From NCBI GenBank assembly GCA_964057225.1, contig OZ059898.1, positions 14,570,001 to 14,634,000 on the forward strand: a stretch of DNA of 64,000 bases. The letters are read 5' to 3'. A model generated the notes under the pieces. It worked only from the letters and a program-made list of their open reading frames with translations. It searched no databases and was not told the DNA's origin. The DNA comes from Auanema rhodensis (taxonomy: Eukaryota; Animalia; Nematoda). Below are positions 14,568 through 31,339 of the stretch, one piece after another (within the stretch, counting starts at the first letter, position 1; every line of letters begins with the position of its first letter). The translations under genes and the position numbers were made by a program.

Positions 14568-17166
14568 TTATTCGTATAATCCTAAGTTTTGATAATAAGA
14601 TGTATTATCCGATTGCTTCTGATTTTTAGAAATGTACAGCTTAGTCTCGAAGCCATTTGACCGATCCACGCCATCCCATCTATATCCCGGACGAATACCA
14701 AATCGATTTGGTGGGAAAGGCTTATCATAGGTTGGATAAACTGAAATCAAATAAAATGAAAAGTTTGCTGAGAAGCATCTTAAACGAACCTAATTCTCCC
14801 ATATCGATAGCCTTTGTTGTTCTGTTTTGGCGAATAACCTTCTTCATAGGATCCTCTTCATGAACGAGATGTTGCAGATATTTGTTCATGGCAGCATCAT
14901 CAGCTGGCCGAGCCAATGGTTCTTGAGCAACTCTAGCCATTTCTTGCAATTTATCTTTCCTCTACAATTATTTTAAATCAAAAATTGGGAATTACTATAG
15001 AATATGAATACCTCTTGAACTTGATGAACTCCTTTGTTCCAACTATTCTTGTAAATTTCTTCAAGTTCCCTCTGCTTCCGTTGTTCACGTTCTTTCTTCT
15101 CTTTATCTTCGGGATTATCTTTTCCTATAAATTGAATACATTTGTATAAAAATTTTAATGTAACGTTCACACCTTTTCTAACTTGCTTATCACGATGAAC
15201 AGTAGCAGCATCTCGACCACTTGTGGCAACATCCATTTCATCAAACATCTAAGGATTTGCTCCATAAATATATAGAAAAAACTTTAATTTTTACCAGTTT
15301 TTCTTTTTCTCGGAGCTTTTCTGATTCTTTTCTAAGATCTTTTGCGCTTTGTAATCCAGCTACCTTTCCATCAAGTGTTTTAGCTTGTTTATCTATTTCA
15401 GGAGATGCTATACGCCGACGTGTTGAAGGAGCATCAGGATCAGTTTTTATTTCTATATTTAGACATTAGAGAAAGTAAGTTCATCAATAACATACCTCGA
15501 CGCGGTGGTGATTGATCTCTATCAGTATTGCGTTTATTGCCCCTTGGTGGAGACGAATCTGTAACCGTTAGAGATACAAGTTGCAAGGAGACAATTATAA
15601 AAGGTACCTGAATCTTGACGATGACGTTTTCTTTTAGGAGACTCATCTGTAATGAATAAAGATTATGAAAAATCAAAAAATCAAGAATCATACCGGAATC
15701 ATAACGATTTCTTCGTACAGGAGAGTTATCTAGAACAAAATAAAAAGTATGAAGTCATTACTAATTATAGAAACTCACCAGAATCATGCCTAGTACGTCT
15801 AGGAGGACTCTTATTTCTAGATGAATTACGGTTGTCGTTACGTCGAGGTGGTGATTCGTCTAAAAATTAAGACAAGAAATAAAATCATAGAGCTTGAATA
15901 ACATGCCTGAATCATGTCTTCTACGTTGTGGTGGAGAACGATTATTAGAACGGCGCGGGGGTGAAGCATCTGAAGATATGGAAATTTAAAAATTTATATT
16001 CATGTCAATGTTAACCTGAATCATGCCTAGTTCGTCGTGGAGGAGATTTATCACGGTTAGAGCTAGTGTGTTTTCTAGGAGGTGATTCATCTGTAACATT
16101 ACTTTTATTTTTCCTAATATTCAAGTCTAAATTTCAAAATCTTGGAAGCAGTGTTACCTGAATCGTATCGCTTTCGACGTGGAGAAGAACGATCATTGCC
16201 CTTACGCTGAGGAGAAGCATCTAAAAAGGAAAAAGTATGCGAAGAATGTAAAACGGAAGCAATTACCTGAATCGTGCCTAGCTCTACGTGGAGGAGACCT
16301 ATCTCTTTTAGAATCATTACGTCTCGGAGGGGAGGCATCTGAACAACACTTCACATTAACTAACATTTAGTTTTCAAATACCAGAATCATGTCTTGTGCG
16401 ACGAGGAGGTGATCGGTTTTCTCGACCTCTAGGAGGTGAGGCATCTACAAAATAAAAATAATGATCACCATATTTTGAAACTTTTAAAACATACCTGAAT
16501 CATAACGTTTTCTTCTTCTTGGTGGCGAATCTCCTAAAAAAAATATTATTTTTCATCGTATATATAAATATAATACCATCGGAATCATGGCGACGTCGTC
16601 TAGGTGGAGAGCAATCTGAGGCTCGACTTACTCGGCCATTAGAATTAACTTCTTCCTTAATTTCCGGCCGATTTTCCTTAGATTTAATTTGAAAAGACAC
16701 TCCTTCATCGTCTGACAGGGGTTCTAAAAAACAAAAAAGTTCATACTTATAAATCTCCTTATAGACCTTGTTTTATTTCTTTAATTTCATCATCATTCTC
16801 AGTAGTCATAAATGTTTTTTTAAATCGAGGACCGCGTAGAGCCTGAAAATAATTTAAAAGTTTAAAGATTTTACTTGAAGAAAAATAAGGTAACCTTTTT
16901 TTTTAATTCTTCTATCATTCTTATTTCTTCCTCATCTTCCGAATCATCAGACTTAGCTTCTGTTTTAACAGTAATAAACGCTTCATCTTCGACTATTTTC
17001 ATTCTAAATTTTATAAACTAAAATTATAAGATGAAATCTTAGATGTTGCTTACCCAGAATTTTTACTATATTTTTCTTTTTCCTTTCTTTTCTTTTTTCT
17101 TTTCTTCTCATCGTCAGCTCCCGATAAATACTTTTTTAAATAATCAGCTTTAGAAAGTGAGGCCAT
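14568..17166 (-). CDS. BUD13: BUD13 homolog (RES complex splicing factor), multi-exon
   Basis: [15 protein letters not shown] start; many DxSPPRRxRHDS repeats; C-terminal Bud13 domain [23 protein letters not shown]. Confidence 0.95.
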
Positions 17167-20100
17167 CTGGAAAATTGATTCTTTATATATAATCTTTATA
17201 ACATAAATGAGTAGTGTAATATTTAAGATATAATTTTAAATGTAATTAGTTATATATGTGCTATCAAAATAGTTATATGATAAACAGATAATAATACGAA
17301 AATTTCAAATCGTTGCGAAATACGTAAAATGACGTTTATATTTCAAATAAAATGCACTACATTTTAAGATTTAGCATGTTGCCGTACGGTTGTTCTGCCT
17401 TCGACCTCAGTTACTTATTTCATAAAATCTTACAAATAGTTGAAATACGGGTTCCTCGTGATACTACTGATTATCCTAATATATGGAAACATTCAATTTC
17501 AATGTTATTTGAGACTAGAAGTTTTCATTGCATTTAAGAGTTTCTTCATAAACAGACAAAAATCTCGTATTTCTCCATGAAACACATACGAGAAATAGTA
17601 ATTGTAAGAAGTATAATTTAATTATTTATGATTAATCTATAAACAAAATGATCTATCAGATATCAGAGATACATTGTTCCCGTTCGTTCAAAGAATTTAA
17701 CACTTGTGATAAACTTTTTGACTTTTTCATGGACTGTCAACATTCATTCAACATGTTTATTATTTGAAATGATTTTATATATTAAAAACTATTTAAAGAA
17801 TGAGCTTTTTTATATTTCATAAGAACTGCTATGAATAGAATAGGATTCTAATATTATAAAATGGAGATATCTAAATGATAATTATAGAAAGTTCTATAGC
17901 TCATTGATTGGTCAATTTTTGATCTATGATTCAGATATATTCTCATGTAGAAGTTTATATGTTTTCATATTGTCTGGTTGATAGTTCTTATGAAAATCAT
18001 GTATTGTTTGATTTTTTAAGGATTTATCATTCATTTCCTTTGTTTTGAGTTGAATATAATAATTGGTAGAAAGTTAAAAAACTTAAATCAAACTTAAAGT
18101 ATATACTTTGATGATAAATCACAGGATGTTCGTCTTAAAATAGCTAAATCATAGTTTCCTTGAAAAATTCGAATTAATTAACTATCTTCTTCCATAATAT
18201 GATTGAAAACTTCCTGTTCCTTCTTAAAAAATTCTTAAAAATTGCTACGATTGTCTATAGTGCTCTTTGAACAACACCCACAATCACACTTCATACAATA
18301 TACTAAAGTTCTTCGCTATATTGGGTAAGAATAAGGAAAATATAATGTTATTTTTACGGGGTTAAGGCGTGCCAGAGATATATTTATTTATAGCGTTTTT
18401 AAAAGATTTTGTTTAAAAAATGTTTTTTTTTAATATAAATAGAAATTGAATTGTTTCTCTCTTGGGTTCTTCGCTTAAGAAGCTTTTTATCACTAAGAAA
18501 TGAAGCATATATAAATATTTGAAATAAACTTGTCAGCAACTTTACGATCTAGTTCCTCCTTAGGAATATTTTCTTCATTTTTGTTTTCTAAAGACTGTCC
18601 CCAAGAAGGATGTTTAAAAATTGAAGAAAAACGGAAAGCGATCGGCTGAAGAAAGAGATAGAAATTTCGTATCCTCATGAAAATCTTTACTTGATCATTT
18701 AGTTCTTTGAACGAACTTTTATAATATCTATATGTGATCTCTACTATATGGATGATGATGATGTTCTCAACGGTCGTTTTGGCCTGTTTCCAATCACAAT
18801 ATCTTCGAACTCTATTTCTTTTTGGATTTTTTCATGAACAAGACACTGTGTACTGCCACGTGATGTGGACAAGAAATCATAATCATATGAAGTGATGGTT
18901 GACGTCTTCCCAACACTAATCCATCATTCATTTCTTCTTACCGTTGGTCCAACCATTTTGGTTTTCAACAGATGTTGTCGTTTGGCTGTTAGGAGCTTCA
19001 GATTTTCGTCTTCGTTCAGATGACGACATATCTCGGAATATGACGGTATCAGATGGATAAGCGGATGATGATAAACCTCGTTTGACTTCGACAAGAACTT
19101 CGTTGGCGTTGACGCCCATCATCCTCTCTCTCTTTCTCTATCACCCTCTTCGTTATGCAGTACCTCTTGATAATTCTTAAATTTTCTTTTTTTTCTCGCT
19201 TTCTTCTCTTAGCTTTCTCTCTCACTCGTCTCCATCTCTTTCTCATTTTGTTTTTCAATAATATCTAGTTGATAGTATCAGGCCATATTTGGTAAGAATA
19301 GAAAGATGATGGTATTTAGATTCGAATCTTCCGATTTCCTTCTCCTTACTACTAGAATGCAGGTTCGACAGCAGCAACCGCAACAAACAACAACATTTTG
19401 AAGTTTTTGACACTAAATCTCAGCCAAGTGCGAAATGAAACTTTTCGAAAGAAGAAACAAGAAGTACGACTTCATTGAACACTCATTAGATTCACAATGT
19501 CAAAGAAATTAGTAAAATAGGGGAAAATCATTTTTTTGCACGTCGGATGTAGAAGACGGATGGACGGACGGAAGGAAAGTGGAGGGCATGATAGGGACAT
19601 CTTGATGATTCAGAGAGATATATGATTTCATATATCGCTCGTGCCATCACTATCGTCATTATGATTATCAGGTAGCATATTCTTCTTGTCCAAGGAAATA
19701 TTTAGTCATAAAACGACATATACAAACAGCATATGCATCATGTGCAACTCACATGAACGATCAGCTCATCTCGTTTTCTGAATAAGGATATGATAGTTTG
19801 GTAATGATTGCATCATCCTGATGAGGTCGGCTACATCCCTATATAAACGAAGGATCGTCTCAAATAGATACTCTTTCATAATTCAAATTATTGTCAATGA
19901 ACTTAAGAAACTTTATAGTTTAATACTCGTTACTGTCATATTCTATATTTCAAATTACTTATGATGTCGGTGTCTTTGAAGTTGAATCACTTCAACCTAA
20001 CTATCTCCCTTCACGTTCTTCTTCTACGTAGCAAATACATATATCAAGTGTTATGTGATTATGATGATTAACGTTCCCGAACTGGGCACGTTTCAGTTGT

Positions 20101-22876
20101 TCGTTTTCTTTTTTTGCTTTTTTAGTCATTTGACTCTTCATACCATCTGATATTGTATGATCTTCAGATGGTAGTTCAGGGCATATTTCCATTCACAGCA
20201 AATTGAACAAATCAAACTTGAAAGTCACAACGCTATTATCATCATCATCACTATTGTTATTGAAAAAAAAGATGAAAGGACATTAATTTGACCGAATGGT
20301 TAATAATGGTCATTCTGATGCAATCTTTCGCTATTTTCAACGTCGTTCGTACTCATAAATTATTGTTAGAACACATATGTCCATACTATCATGATTCTGA
20401 TCGGATTTCATCATGCTGACTGCTTCCCCCTCCATTTTTAGACACAACTATATCCATTTCGAACTATCTGACCAAAGGCGATACAACAGGAATCCAAATG
20501 TGTTGACGAATTGGGTACAGACCCGAGAGAAGTGAAAAGGGGGGGATTGGTGTAGGGCTCGTTTGTATTCTCACGTGCACATGACCTACTGATCGCACAG
20601 AGATCAGTGACTATGGCACTGATTAGACTCATGTGTTTTTCTACCTATTTGTTTGTTTGTATTGAAAAAAACTTCTTAAACTCATCATACATTGGAAAGT
20701 TTAATCTTTTCTCAGTTGGTTTGACAACTAATCAAGTCACATGGCGTACAAGCTTGGCGTGTCTCGCTAGTCCATTTCAATTATACAGAAGACTCTTTCT
20801 TTCTGTTTCTTCAGTTTTACGTCTTTTTCTAAATGGACATATCGTAATTAGAAATAGTGGTGATTCTTGTTGTTAAAAGTAGTCAAAATGGAATCCATCG
20901 ATACAAAGAGAAACCTCTGATTATCACCTGTTTTAAGTAAAATAGAAGTGAAAACAATGCTTTTGGCAACGTTTCACGAAGGTTGTATGCCCACTTGTGA
21001 CAGTTTTTTATGCGTCTGAATAGATTGAATCCCGTTCAAAATCTGTCTTCCTCCTGACGTTCTCTCTGCCAGTCAGCATCTATCTCCATGTATCTCTCAT
21101 CTACTCTCCCAGCTACAAGAAGCGCTCTCATCAGGTGACGTTATCAATCGCCGAACTATTTTACATCAAACTTCCTATTAACGGTGTGTATATGTGTGTA
21201 TGTGTGTGTATATGTGTTTGTTAGTGAGCTGGGCTAGTTTCCAAGAAAAAATCATGATCCAAAGGAACCTATTCATCAGCTATAAATAACTTTTCTTGTC
21301 GTCGAAAAAGATTGTTTCACATCTTTGAAAATCATTAAGATGGCTGTTTGGCCGTGGCCTGTCTTCAGTATAAAAGACGATGACCTTTCACGATTTCAAC
21401 GACTTCTTGTGTATGTGTGGTAAACAAGCATCCATCAGCCTCCTGTCAGCATCAATATCTGTAAAATATTATTTTCATATCGTTATGATCTTAAAGCAAT
21501 GTTTCATTAAATGCATATCTGTAGCCAGCATAGACATTATTGTGCCTTGGGCAATTTTCAGGATACGTTCCAATGTACCCTCTCGTCGTACCTTCTTCGA
21601 ACAGTGCAGCCTTTTTATCAACTATTTTCTTAGACCGGATTCTTCTTCCAAAAATTTCAGATTTCAACATATACTTGATAGTTATAAATAGCTTGTCACA
21701 GTATATATAGTTTCTTCTGTTTCTAGTTATATATATACGTACACATCTGTACATGTATGCATATACACAAAACGCCAAATAAACCTGATATTATGCAGAC
21801 GCTCATCAAAGATCCAGAGCTAGATCAATTAGCTTGTGTGCTTTATAAGATCGTAGATTACCGGAAATAATCATTTATATTCTTTAATATATATATATAT
21901 ATCATTGCTTCCCTCTCTCTCTCTCTATCTCTCTCTTTCTCTCTTTTACTGTTTATTGAGGTGTTGTTTTCTGTTTCAATATTATAGGTCTTCTGTTGCA
22001 GTCTTCAAAGTCCTTCCTCTATTTATACTCCAAAGTTACATCAGAACATGCTTCTGATATCTGAAGTGACCAATTTTTCTTTGTAATCGCCATCTCTATC
22101 GTCTACTGAAGCCATAGTGTCGTTGAAACGTTCTTAACGACATGTCGTCTTCTATATAAAGAAGAAGATTCGTTGTGGGCCGCAAGTCTGAACTACCAAG
22201 TTCAGTGGTTATCATGAACCGATCCCGCTCCATCCGTCCTTCAAGATTAGCGCCTTGTCTGAGCTTCTTATGCAGCTCAGCCTCAGTAATTTAGTGATTT
22301 AAAACTATCAGTCGCACTTCCTGTTTATTTTGTACCCTGCTAAAGTTGCTCCATATCTTTATATGCCCTTTGTTTAATAACAAAAAACTATAAATCATAT
22401 AATTAAGAGAATTCTAATCCTTTTCTCACGTACTATGTACAAAAATTTTAAGGCGCTGAGTCACGAACGAACCTGTCAAAGCTCGTTTTCATGTTTCACC
22501 CTAGATGATAGTCACATGCCAACCATACAGTACACGCCCATTTCTTATAGATATATGATCAACTTCAACATCATTTTTAAATTCAGATCATCAGAATTAT
22601 TGTCAAAGGACATACTTAATGTCTTTTCATCTTCAATCTTATCGTAGTCAATGCTTTTCCTTGTTCTCTCTTTTGGCATCTTCCATTAAACTTTTCAATT
22701 CTCTCCTTTATTCATTGACTTTTATTCTCTCGAACTTGCGTTCACAAAACGTCGCTCAAAGAATAGATACTGTATTCGGTATATAAATTCTTTGGCTTAT
22801 CGTCTTCTTTCAAATTTTATTCGCAAAACCATCGTCAATACCTTTTTCATTATTATTTCTTTTCAGACTTACAGTA

Positions 22877-25291
22877 ATGATCATGTTGAAAGAATATCTC
22901 GGCAAAAAAGAGCTTCAAATAGCTCTTGAGCTAACACAGGACATACCTGAATTGTTGTTCATCCATCACTCTATCAGAAACTACTACTTGAATCGTTACC
23001 CATGCAATGAACTTCGCATCTTCTCCTACCCATTTGAAAATCCAATCTACTGGTTTTTGGTGGACCTCCAGAAAAACGCTTGGTAAATTCAAGTTTTCAT
23101 TTTTAAATTTAAAAAAAAAACATAATTTATTGAAAGTAATTAAACCAGATTGTTTTTTTTTTCAATTTTCTCTACAATATATCAATTTCTCTCCTTTTTG
23201 TTAGCCAATTAACCTTAAACTGATACAAATAGTTCCAAAAATTATAAAATGTTTTTCTTATTCTCGAACAAAAACGTTTTCGTCTTAAATAAATTAAAAA
23301 TATGAAGATCTTTTTGTCAACTAAAATTGATGCAATCGCTCAGTTAGTTCGAAAATTAGAAATAAAGTAATTCACGTGAAACAGTAGAATCCACGTGAGA
23401 GAGTAGAATCCACGTGAAAGAGTAGAATCTACGTGAAATAAATTGCAATGGTCCCCCAAAATGCAAATGTACGTATATTTTGACCTTTGGCCAAAATGGA
23501 GTAGAAATATTAATTTGATTTGGCCAATGATTATGCGCGGAACAACTGAAAGGTTCAAGATTATCAACTTGATAAGTCTTTTGTATAACTAATGACATTT
23601 ATTATGGTATATGTATATCATAAAACGGAATCTAGTTGACCTTTAAGTCTTTATAAATACCCTGTATAAATGACAGCTGAAATCGTCTAACATACACATA
23701 CGCACACACATATGTACATATCTTATAGTTTATATACTCATCGCCCAGAAAAGAATTATGTTTATCTCTTTTACTCACGATTAAATTCTTGATGAGAACA
23801 AGAGAAGAAGATGCATTCCAATTAAAATATTTGAAAATATTGTGAAGACATGAAAAAGTTTTGAAATGAAATCAAGAGCTTAATTCATCCTTTTCAGCCC
23901 TTCTATTCACGTCGCTCAGAATAGTGATTTCCATGACAGTTTCGTCTTTCTTACTGCTGTTTCACAAGTTCTTTCTGAAATTGACATGCTAATTGATTAT
24001 AAGAAAATCAACATATCAACTGAACTTCATCTTATTCACGATGTGAGTTTGATCACTTAAACTTGAATCCTTGATATCTAACATTTGTTTGTTTGAACCA
24101 TCGAAAACCTAACGTCGACTTTCGTGAAATTTAAAAAAATGCCCGTTGACAGTTTCTTCGAACTGATGTCATTACGCTCATCATATTACGGTTGATGAAC
24201 AGTTTTGAAACTACTATGGTTTCTGCCATTATATGATATGAATACATCACCAATAGTGATAATAACGAATTTTAATAAGATTTATGCCACCAAATTTATT
24301 AGAATACAAACTTTTTGATGCATTTTTTCCTTATATCTCCCTTTCAGTTATCACCTATGCTACATGAATTCTTTTCTGACCATCAGCCGGTATCACGCGC
24401 CCCCTTTACCGTATTTTACATGTCAGAAGAACAGATGGAAGACTGTAACAAGGTAATTTCTTTAGAAACATTTCTTAATATATGTTCAAAACCTATTGAA
24501 ATTGGCTCTAGTATAATGCTCTAGTATCCGTCCCTGATATAAAAAGAAGGGATGATCACTTGACAAACTCAACCTCCATTAGAAATGTACCGCAATCCCA
24601 ATATTGTTTACATGCTTTTCATGATTTATCATTAGTGATCCAGCTGTTTCTATTTATGTGGGTCAGAACTGAATTGAAAAGACAATAGCACGAATGTACA
24701 TATTGGAAATACCGGCTATACCGTAATTGTTGCAGCTTGACGTCAGTCTCCCATATGGGTTCAACTTCTCCAAACTTGAAGCGAATGAAGCCGTGAAACT
24801 GGTTCACGGCAAAAACAATGAGGATTCGGTATCTTTGATTGGGTATATATCAACTTATGAGAAGAAATAAGTTTAATGTTTCTATTTTACAGTGATCGTA
24901 TCCGATATTTGCCATCGGTATGCATTCGTAACACAAGCACAGCTGAAATCGTAACTCATGAGCTCTGCTCATCCAGAGGAGATATGTTGCATCTTTTTAC
25001 CCATCCAGATAATCGTCGTCAAGGACTTGCATCAGCTGCTGAAATCAAGCTAGCTCAACAGATTATCAGGTAAATATTCGACTTACTTTACTTTATATTC
25101 ACATACTAAGCATAAGCACAGCCACCTTATTATTGGTTCTTTTTTTCAGAGAAAATGGAATTCCATTCAAAGCGGTTCCAAACCATCTTACATCCATAAT
25201 CTTGAGTTCTGAAGGATCCCCTTTCTGGACCATCTGGACTAGAAATTCTCTTCCCGTCCAATTTACAGTAACCTCGTTTGAAAAAAATTAG
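22877..25291 (+). CDS. Glycine N-acyltransferase-like (GNAT) protein of the nematode-expanded family, about 6 exons
   Basis: MIMLKEY..ELQIAL start after tttcag; GNAT motif A HLFTHPDNRRQGLASAAEIKLAQQII; last exon NGIPFKAV..SEGSPFWTIW..*; exons approx 22877-23082, 23898-24042, 24348-24452, 24736-24828, 24893-25069, 25150-25291. Confidence 0.8.
23372..23438. repeat. 19-bp minisatellite (about 3.5 units) carrying CACGTG E-boxes
   Basis: AGTAGAATCCACGTGA(A/G)AG units; CACGTG at 23373, 23392, 23411 and TACGTG at 23430. Confidence 0.9.
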
Positions 25292-25985
25292 GTAGGGGTT
25301 CGGTATCCACCATTCCGTGCTGTACATAGAAGTTATAATGGTCCCCGATTGTATGTAGTCAATGTACGCCAGGCGCAGTTTCCAATATTTATTTTTATAG
25401 TTTCATTAACTTGAACTGTTGAAAGAGAAAAGCAGCATAGCATCATAAGCCTCATATCCTTTCACGCATTAATTTCCTTGATACCCATTATGTGATACTC
25501 ACTTTAAACCATAATATTCTATAACAAAACATTTTTATTTTTTAAAAAAAATTTATGTAGAAAGATATATATATATATATAAATGAATATATTTGTTTAA
25601 TAAATGCTTTTTTTTCAATCTTTGAGGTACATAGAGGTACATAGATGTTATTTGGATTATTAATAGTGGCACTAATGAGCATGAAAACCGGTATGAAGTC
25701 AAAACATAGATAACAACCATATAAAGCATGGCTATCTTTTAAGGATCAACCTTTTAAACAAAGCTATAAAATATGAAACATAAGTACAAACAAGGAAAAA
25801 AGTAAAATACTAAGAAACAATTATCACACTTAAAGAAATACTCTGTGAAACAAATTTCCCGTTATAATGTATATGAAACAGGGATTCAAAAATAACTTTC
25901 AATAGAAATATGAAAAGTTCTCTAAAACAATTTGAAAATATACAAAAAAACAACAACTAAACTACTTTGCTATTGAATTGATATA

Positions 25986-27827
25986 TCATTCTGTTAAATT
26001 TAAAGGTGATTCAAGAGCACTAGTGCACCTTGAACTACTGAAAAACAAACTATTTTTCAATAAATTGTATGAAGTTAATACCTGTACATGCTGGCAGATT
26101 CTGACACAGAATCAAACATGGAGTCTGCTGTATAATCACTCTGAGTACGTGACTTAGTATAACTTGCTTAAATATATTATTGAAAATTCAAATAAAAGAT
26201 CAAATAAATACCAAAAAATTTCAATTCTTCATCCCAGTTGATTTCATTTGTTTGTTGGTCAATGAGAGCTAACTTATCTCTGACCTAAAATAGGAGATGG
26301 TATTCTTTGTTCTCAAAATTAAAAAAGACCTGTACTAAAGCTTGTGGAACATCCCCGTTTACACGAGGTACATCGATTCCTACGGTTCCGAAGAGATTAT
26401 AAATTTCAACGTCATGTGATATGGGCTGCAATAAACATATACGTAGCGAAAAGGTAATGACGTGCACCCACCTGATTTCTTTTTTCTATTTTTTTGATTT
26501 TTGATTGATTAACGGTTTTCTTAGAGATCTTGGGTACAGCTCTGGAGGGAGATGAAACTGACAAATTTTCGAAAGCTGCAGGAAAATCATCAGCTGAATC
26601 GTTATCATCCTAAAATTGCTTTTAAATATGAGGAGAAACATATTTTAATCTTACTCCACTATCAGCTTTAGTAGTTGATTCTGCTTTAGATAATTGAGTC
26701 TTCTCTATACGCTCCAAATAATGAATCAAACGACGACAATCCCGCTTTTGCTCAAAAAAGGGCTCCAGCTCCTGATCATCAATATATTTGGCGGCTATAA
26801 GTATTTTAATGAATCCAGCAACTTTCATAGATGAACATACATGTTCGGCGAAGGCGAACAGGAAAAGATGCAGGATAGGAAGAATTGGTTGATAATACGT
26901 CTTTCTAATAGAATCGCTCATAATTAAGAAACAAAAAAAAAGAGACACTTACCTTATTTTTCTTAGCCCATTCCGTATATGCTTCTTTTTGGAAATTATA
27001 TCCACCAATGAGACTTTTACGATCTACTCCAAAACCCTTTATATTACTTTGCAAGGTTTTAATTTCTTTGATTAATTCACATTTTTTTTGGCGATAAGAA
27101 TTTCTTTTATTCTTAAGTGGTTCCGTACACTTTTTGAGCTGCTGAAATTATTGCCAATTTATAACAAATAAGAAAATTAATTTTACCTGATTTTGCTCAT
27201 TGATCAGTTCTTCCATTGCAATTTTATCTTTTTGTAGATCACGCAAACGGCTAAATAATACAGGATTATTTCAAAAATTTAAAAGAAAGAACTTGCATAA
27301 GTCTTGTTCTATTTCGTTTCAATAAATTAATTTCATTTACAAGTGTATGCTCAGAGCACCTATTCAATTGAGTATCATTGTATTCCTTTTCTTTTAACAT
27401 CAGCTGTTGTTCAACCTTATCCAAAGAACGTACCACACATTCTTGTAGCAACTCAAACTGCGATTTTTTCTAAAACACAGAAAAAATCAATAGATCAACA
27501 AAAAGACTTTCGAACCAATTCTATTAATTTTTTTTTATAATCGGAAATGTTTTTTTTATAGGGTTCCGAAACCATCTGCAACTCTAGTTCTATTGCTCTT
27601 ATGCAATCTTCAACAATTTTTATATTTTGGCAAGCATTGTTCAACTAAAAGAATGAAATTGTATTATGAAACTGTTATCGAACCCAAACCCTAGTACGTC
27701 CGACTTGAATTGAACTATTACAATGTTCTAGTAAATTTTGAAATTCTTTTCTATTTGGTAATGAGGGCACACTTTCGTCATCATTGTCTGCTAGTTCAAC
27801 TACAGCTCTGATCTCCTCATGAACCAT
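25986..27827 (-). CDS. Uncharacterised coiled-coil-containing protein, multi-exon
   Basis: ATG after ttctag acceptor (MVHEEIRAVVELAD..), consistent GT-AG short introns, coiled-coil-like exons (LDKVEQQLMLKEKEYND..EINLLKRNRTRLMQ), last exon ..ALESPLNLTE*; no family recognised. Confidence 0.65.
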
Positions 27828-28127
27828 TACCGCACACCTAGAATAGGTAATGATAACGAAGAGGAAAACAAAGTGATGAATCGATAGGACAAGAAACTTT
27901 AAAAAAAAAATGTTTTGTATTATGAATCATATATATAAGAATCATATATTATTTTATCGAATTTGAGTCTATTCAAAAAAAAAGATCATTTCTAGACGAG
28001 TAATAGTTCGAAATGTTTCGAAACACTGGGGCAGTGCACACAGATGGTTTATTACAGATTCTTAGACAGGAAAAATCTGGACATGTGCCAATTACTACCG
28101 TAACCGACCGCGTCGCAGACCGCTTCG

Positions 28128-28400
28128 CTCTATTTTCTGTGCCGGTTCATTCCGTTTGCAATAGGGTGAAGAATCCGACCTCACGCGACCTGGCCTAAAT
28201 AAAGCATTCTTCGCGGATTTTCCCGACCGACCCCTTGTGACTTTGTCCAACAGGGTCTAAAATCCTTGTCCTGCAATATACTGCTCAAAAACCCCATAAA
28301 AATTTGAAAAAAATCAAAAACCCATAAAAAATATAAAAGTTTCAAAAATCCAAAAAGAAACATCGCCTCCATCAACCTCATTACCAGTATCATAAGAAAG
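28128..28400 (+). promoter_or_regulatory. Putative non-coding first exon/5' leader of pab-1 with A-rich autoregulatory-like tract
   Basis: Pyrimidine start CTCTATTTTCT, no ATG in about 270 nt, eight A4-A7 runs at 28287-28360, donor AAG|GTTAGT at 28400/28401, acceptor TTTCAG ending 28635. Confidence 0.55.
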
Positions 28401-28639
28401 GTTAGTTCGGTTTCTTATTGTTATTTTGTTTATATGACGTTTTTCACGTAAGATGCTAATGTTAAGTTTTTCATTTTTAATTACGGCACGCGTCGTGCTT
28501 AGTTTTTGGCGCCTATTAGAATTTTGCACTTTTCGTTATCTTAAATTTATTTTATTAGTAAAACGTTGAAATGTCTCTAAACGGAATTGCATCTTTTCAT
28601 ATTTTATAATCAGCTCTCTCAAAATACTATTTCAGTTAA

Positions 28640-30910
<2,271 letters not shown>

Positions 30911-31339
30911 GAGTCGTGCCGTTACAGGTGTTTAATACACCTACTTCCTATTTTGTTCCAAGGCGTAGCCATTCCTTACGTTGTTTTGTTTTTTGAAAGA
31001 TATATCCGTCGGCTTGATTCCATCGTTGTTTGTTTGTTTGCCGAATAAATAGGAAGTGTTATTTTTTTTCTATATTATGGTTGGCCTGCTGACATAGCCA
31101 TTTTATTAATCTTCTCTTTATGGCTTACTGTTGCCATGCCACTCATTAATGTTTTGTGTTTATTTTTATTTTAATAATAGTTTTGTTGTTCTTTTTCGAG
31201 TACTAACGATGGGGATTTGGTGTTGGTTGCCTGGAACATAATAAAATTCGAACATTTTATGTAGAGAATCTAAAATTGTTGGGCATAGCCGTAAATATTC
31301 TAAAGACTTTCATAACCTGAATGACATGCTTTTCAGGGC

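Noticed and set aside
18750-20192. Possible small minus-strand gene (MMGVNANEVLVEVKRG.., MEICPELPSEDH..)
   Set aside because: No recognisable domain and no convincing splice path (would need an intron of about 26 nt); cannot support without RNA data
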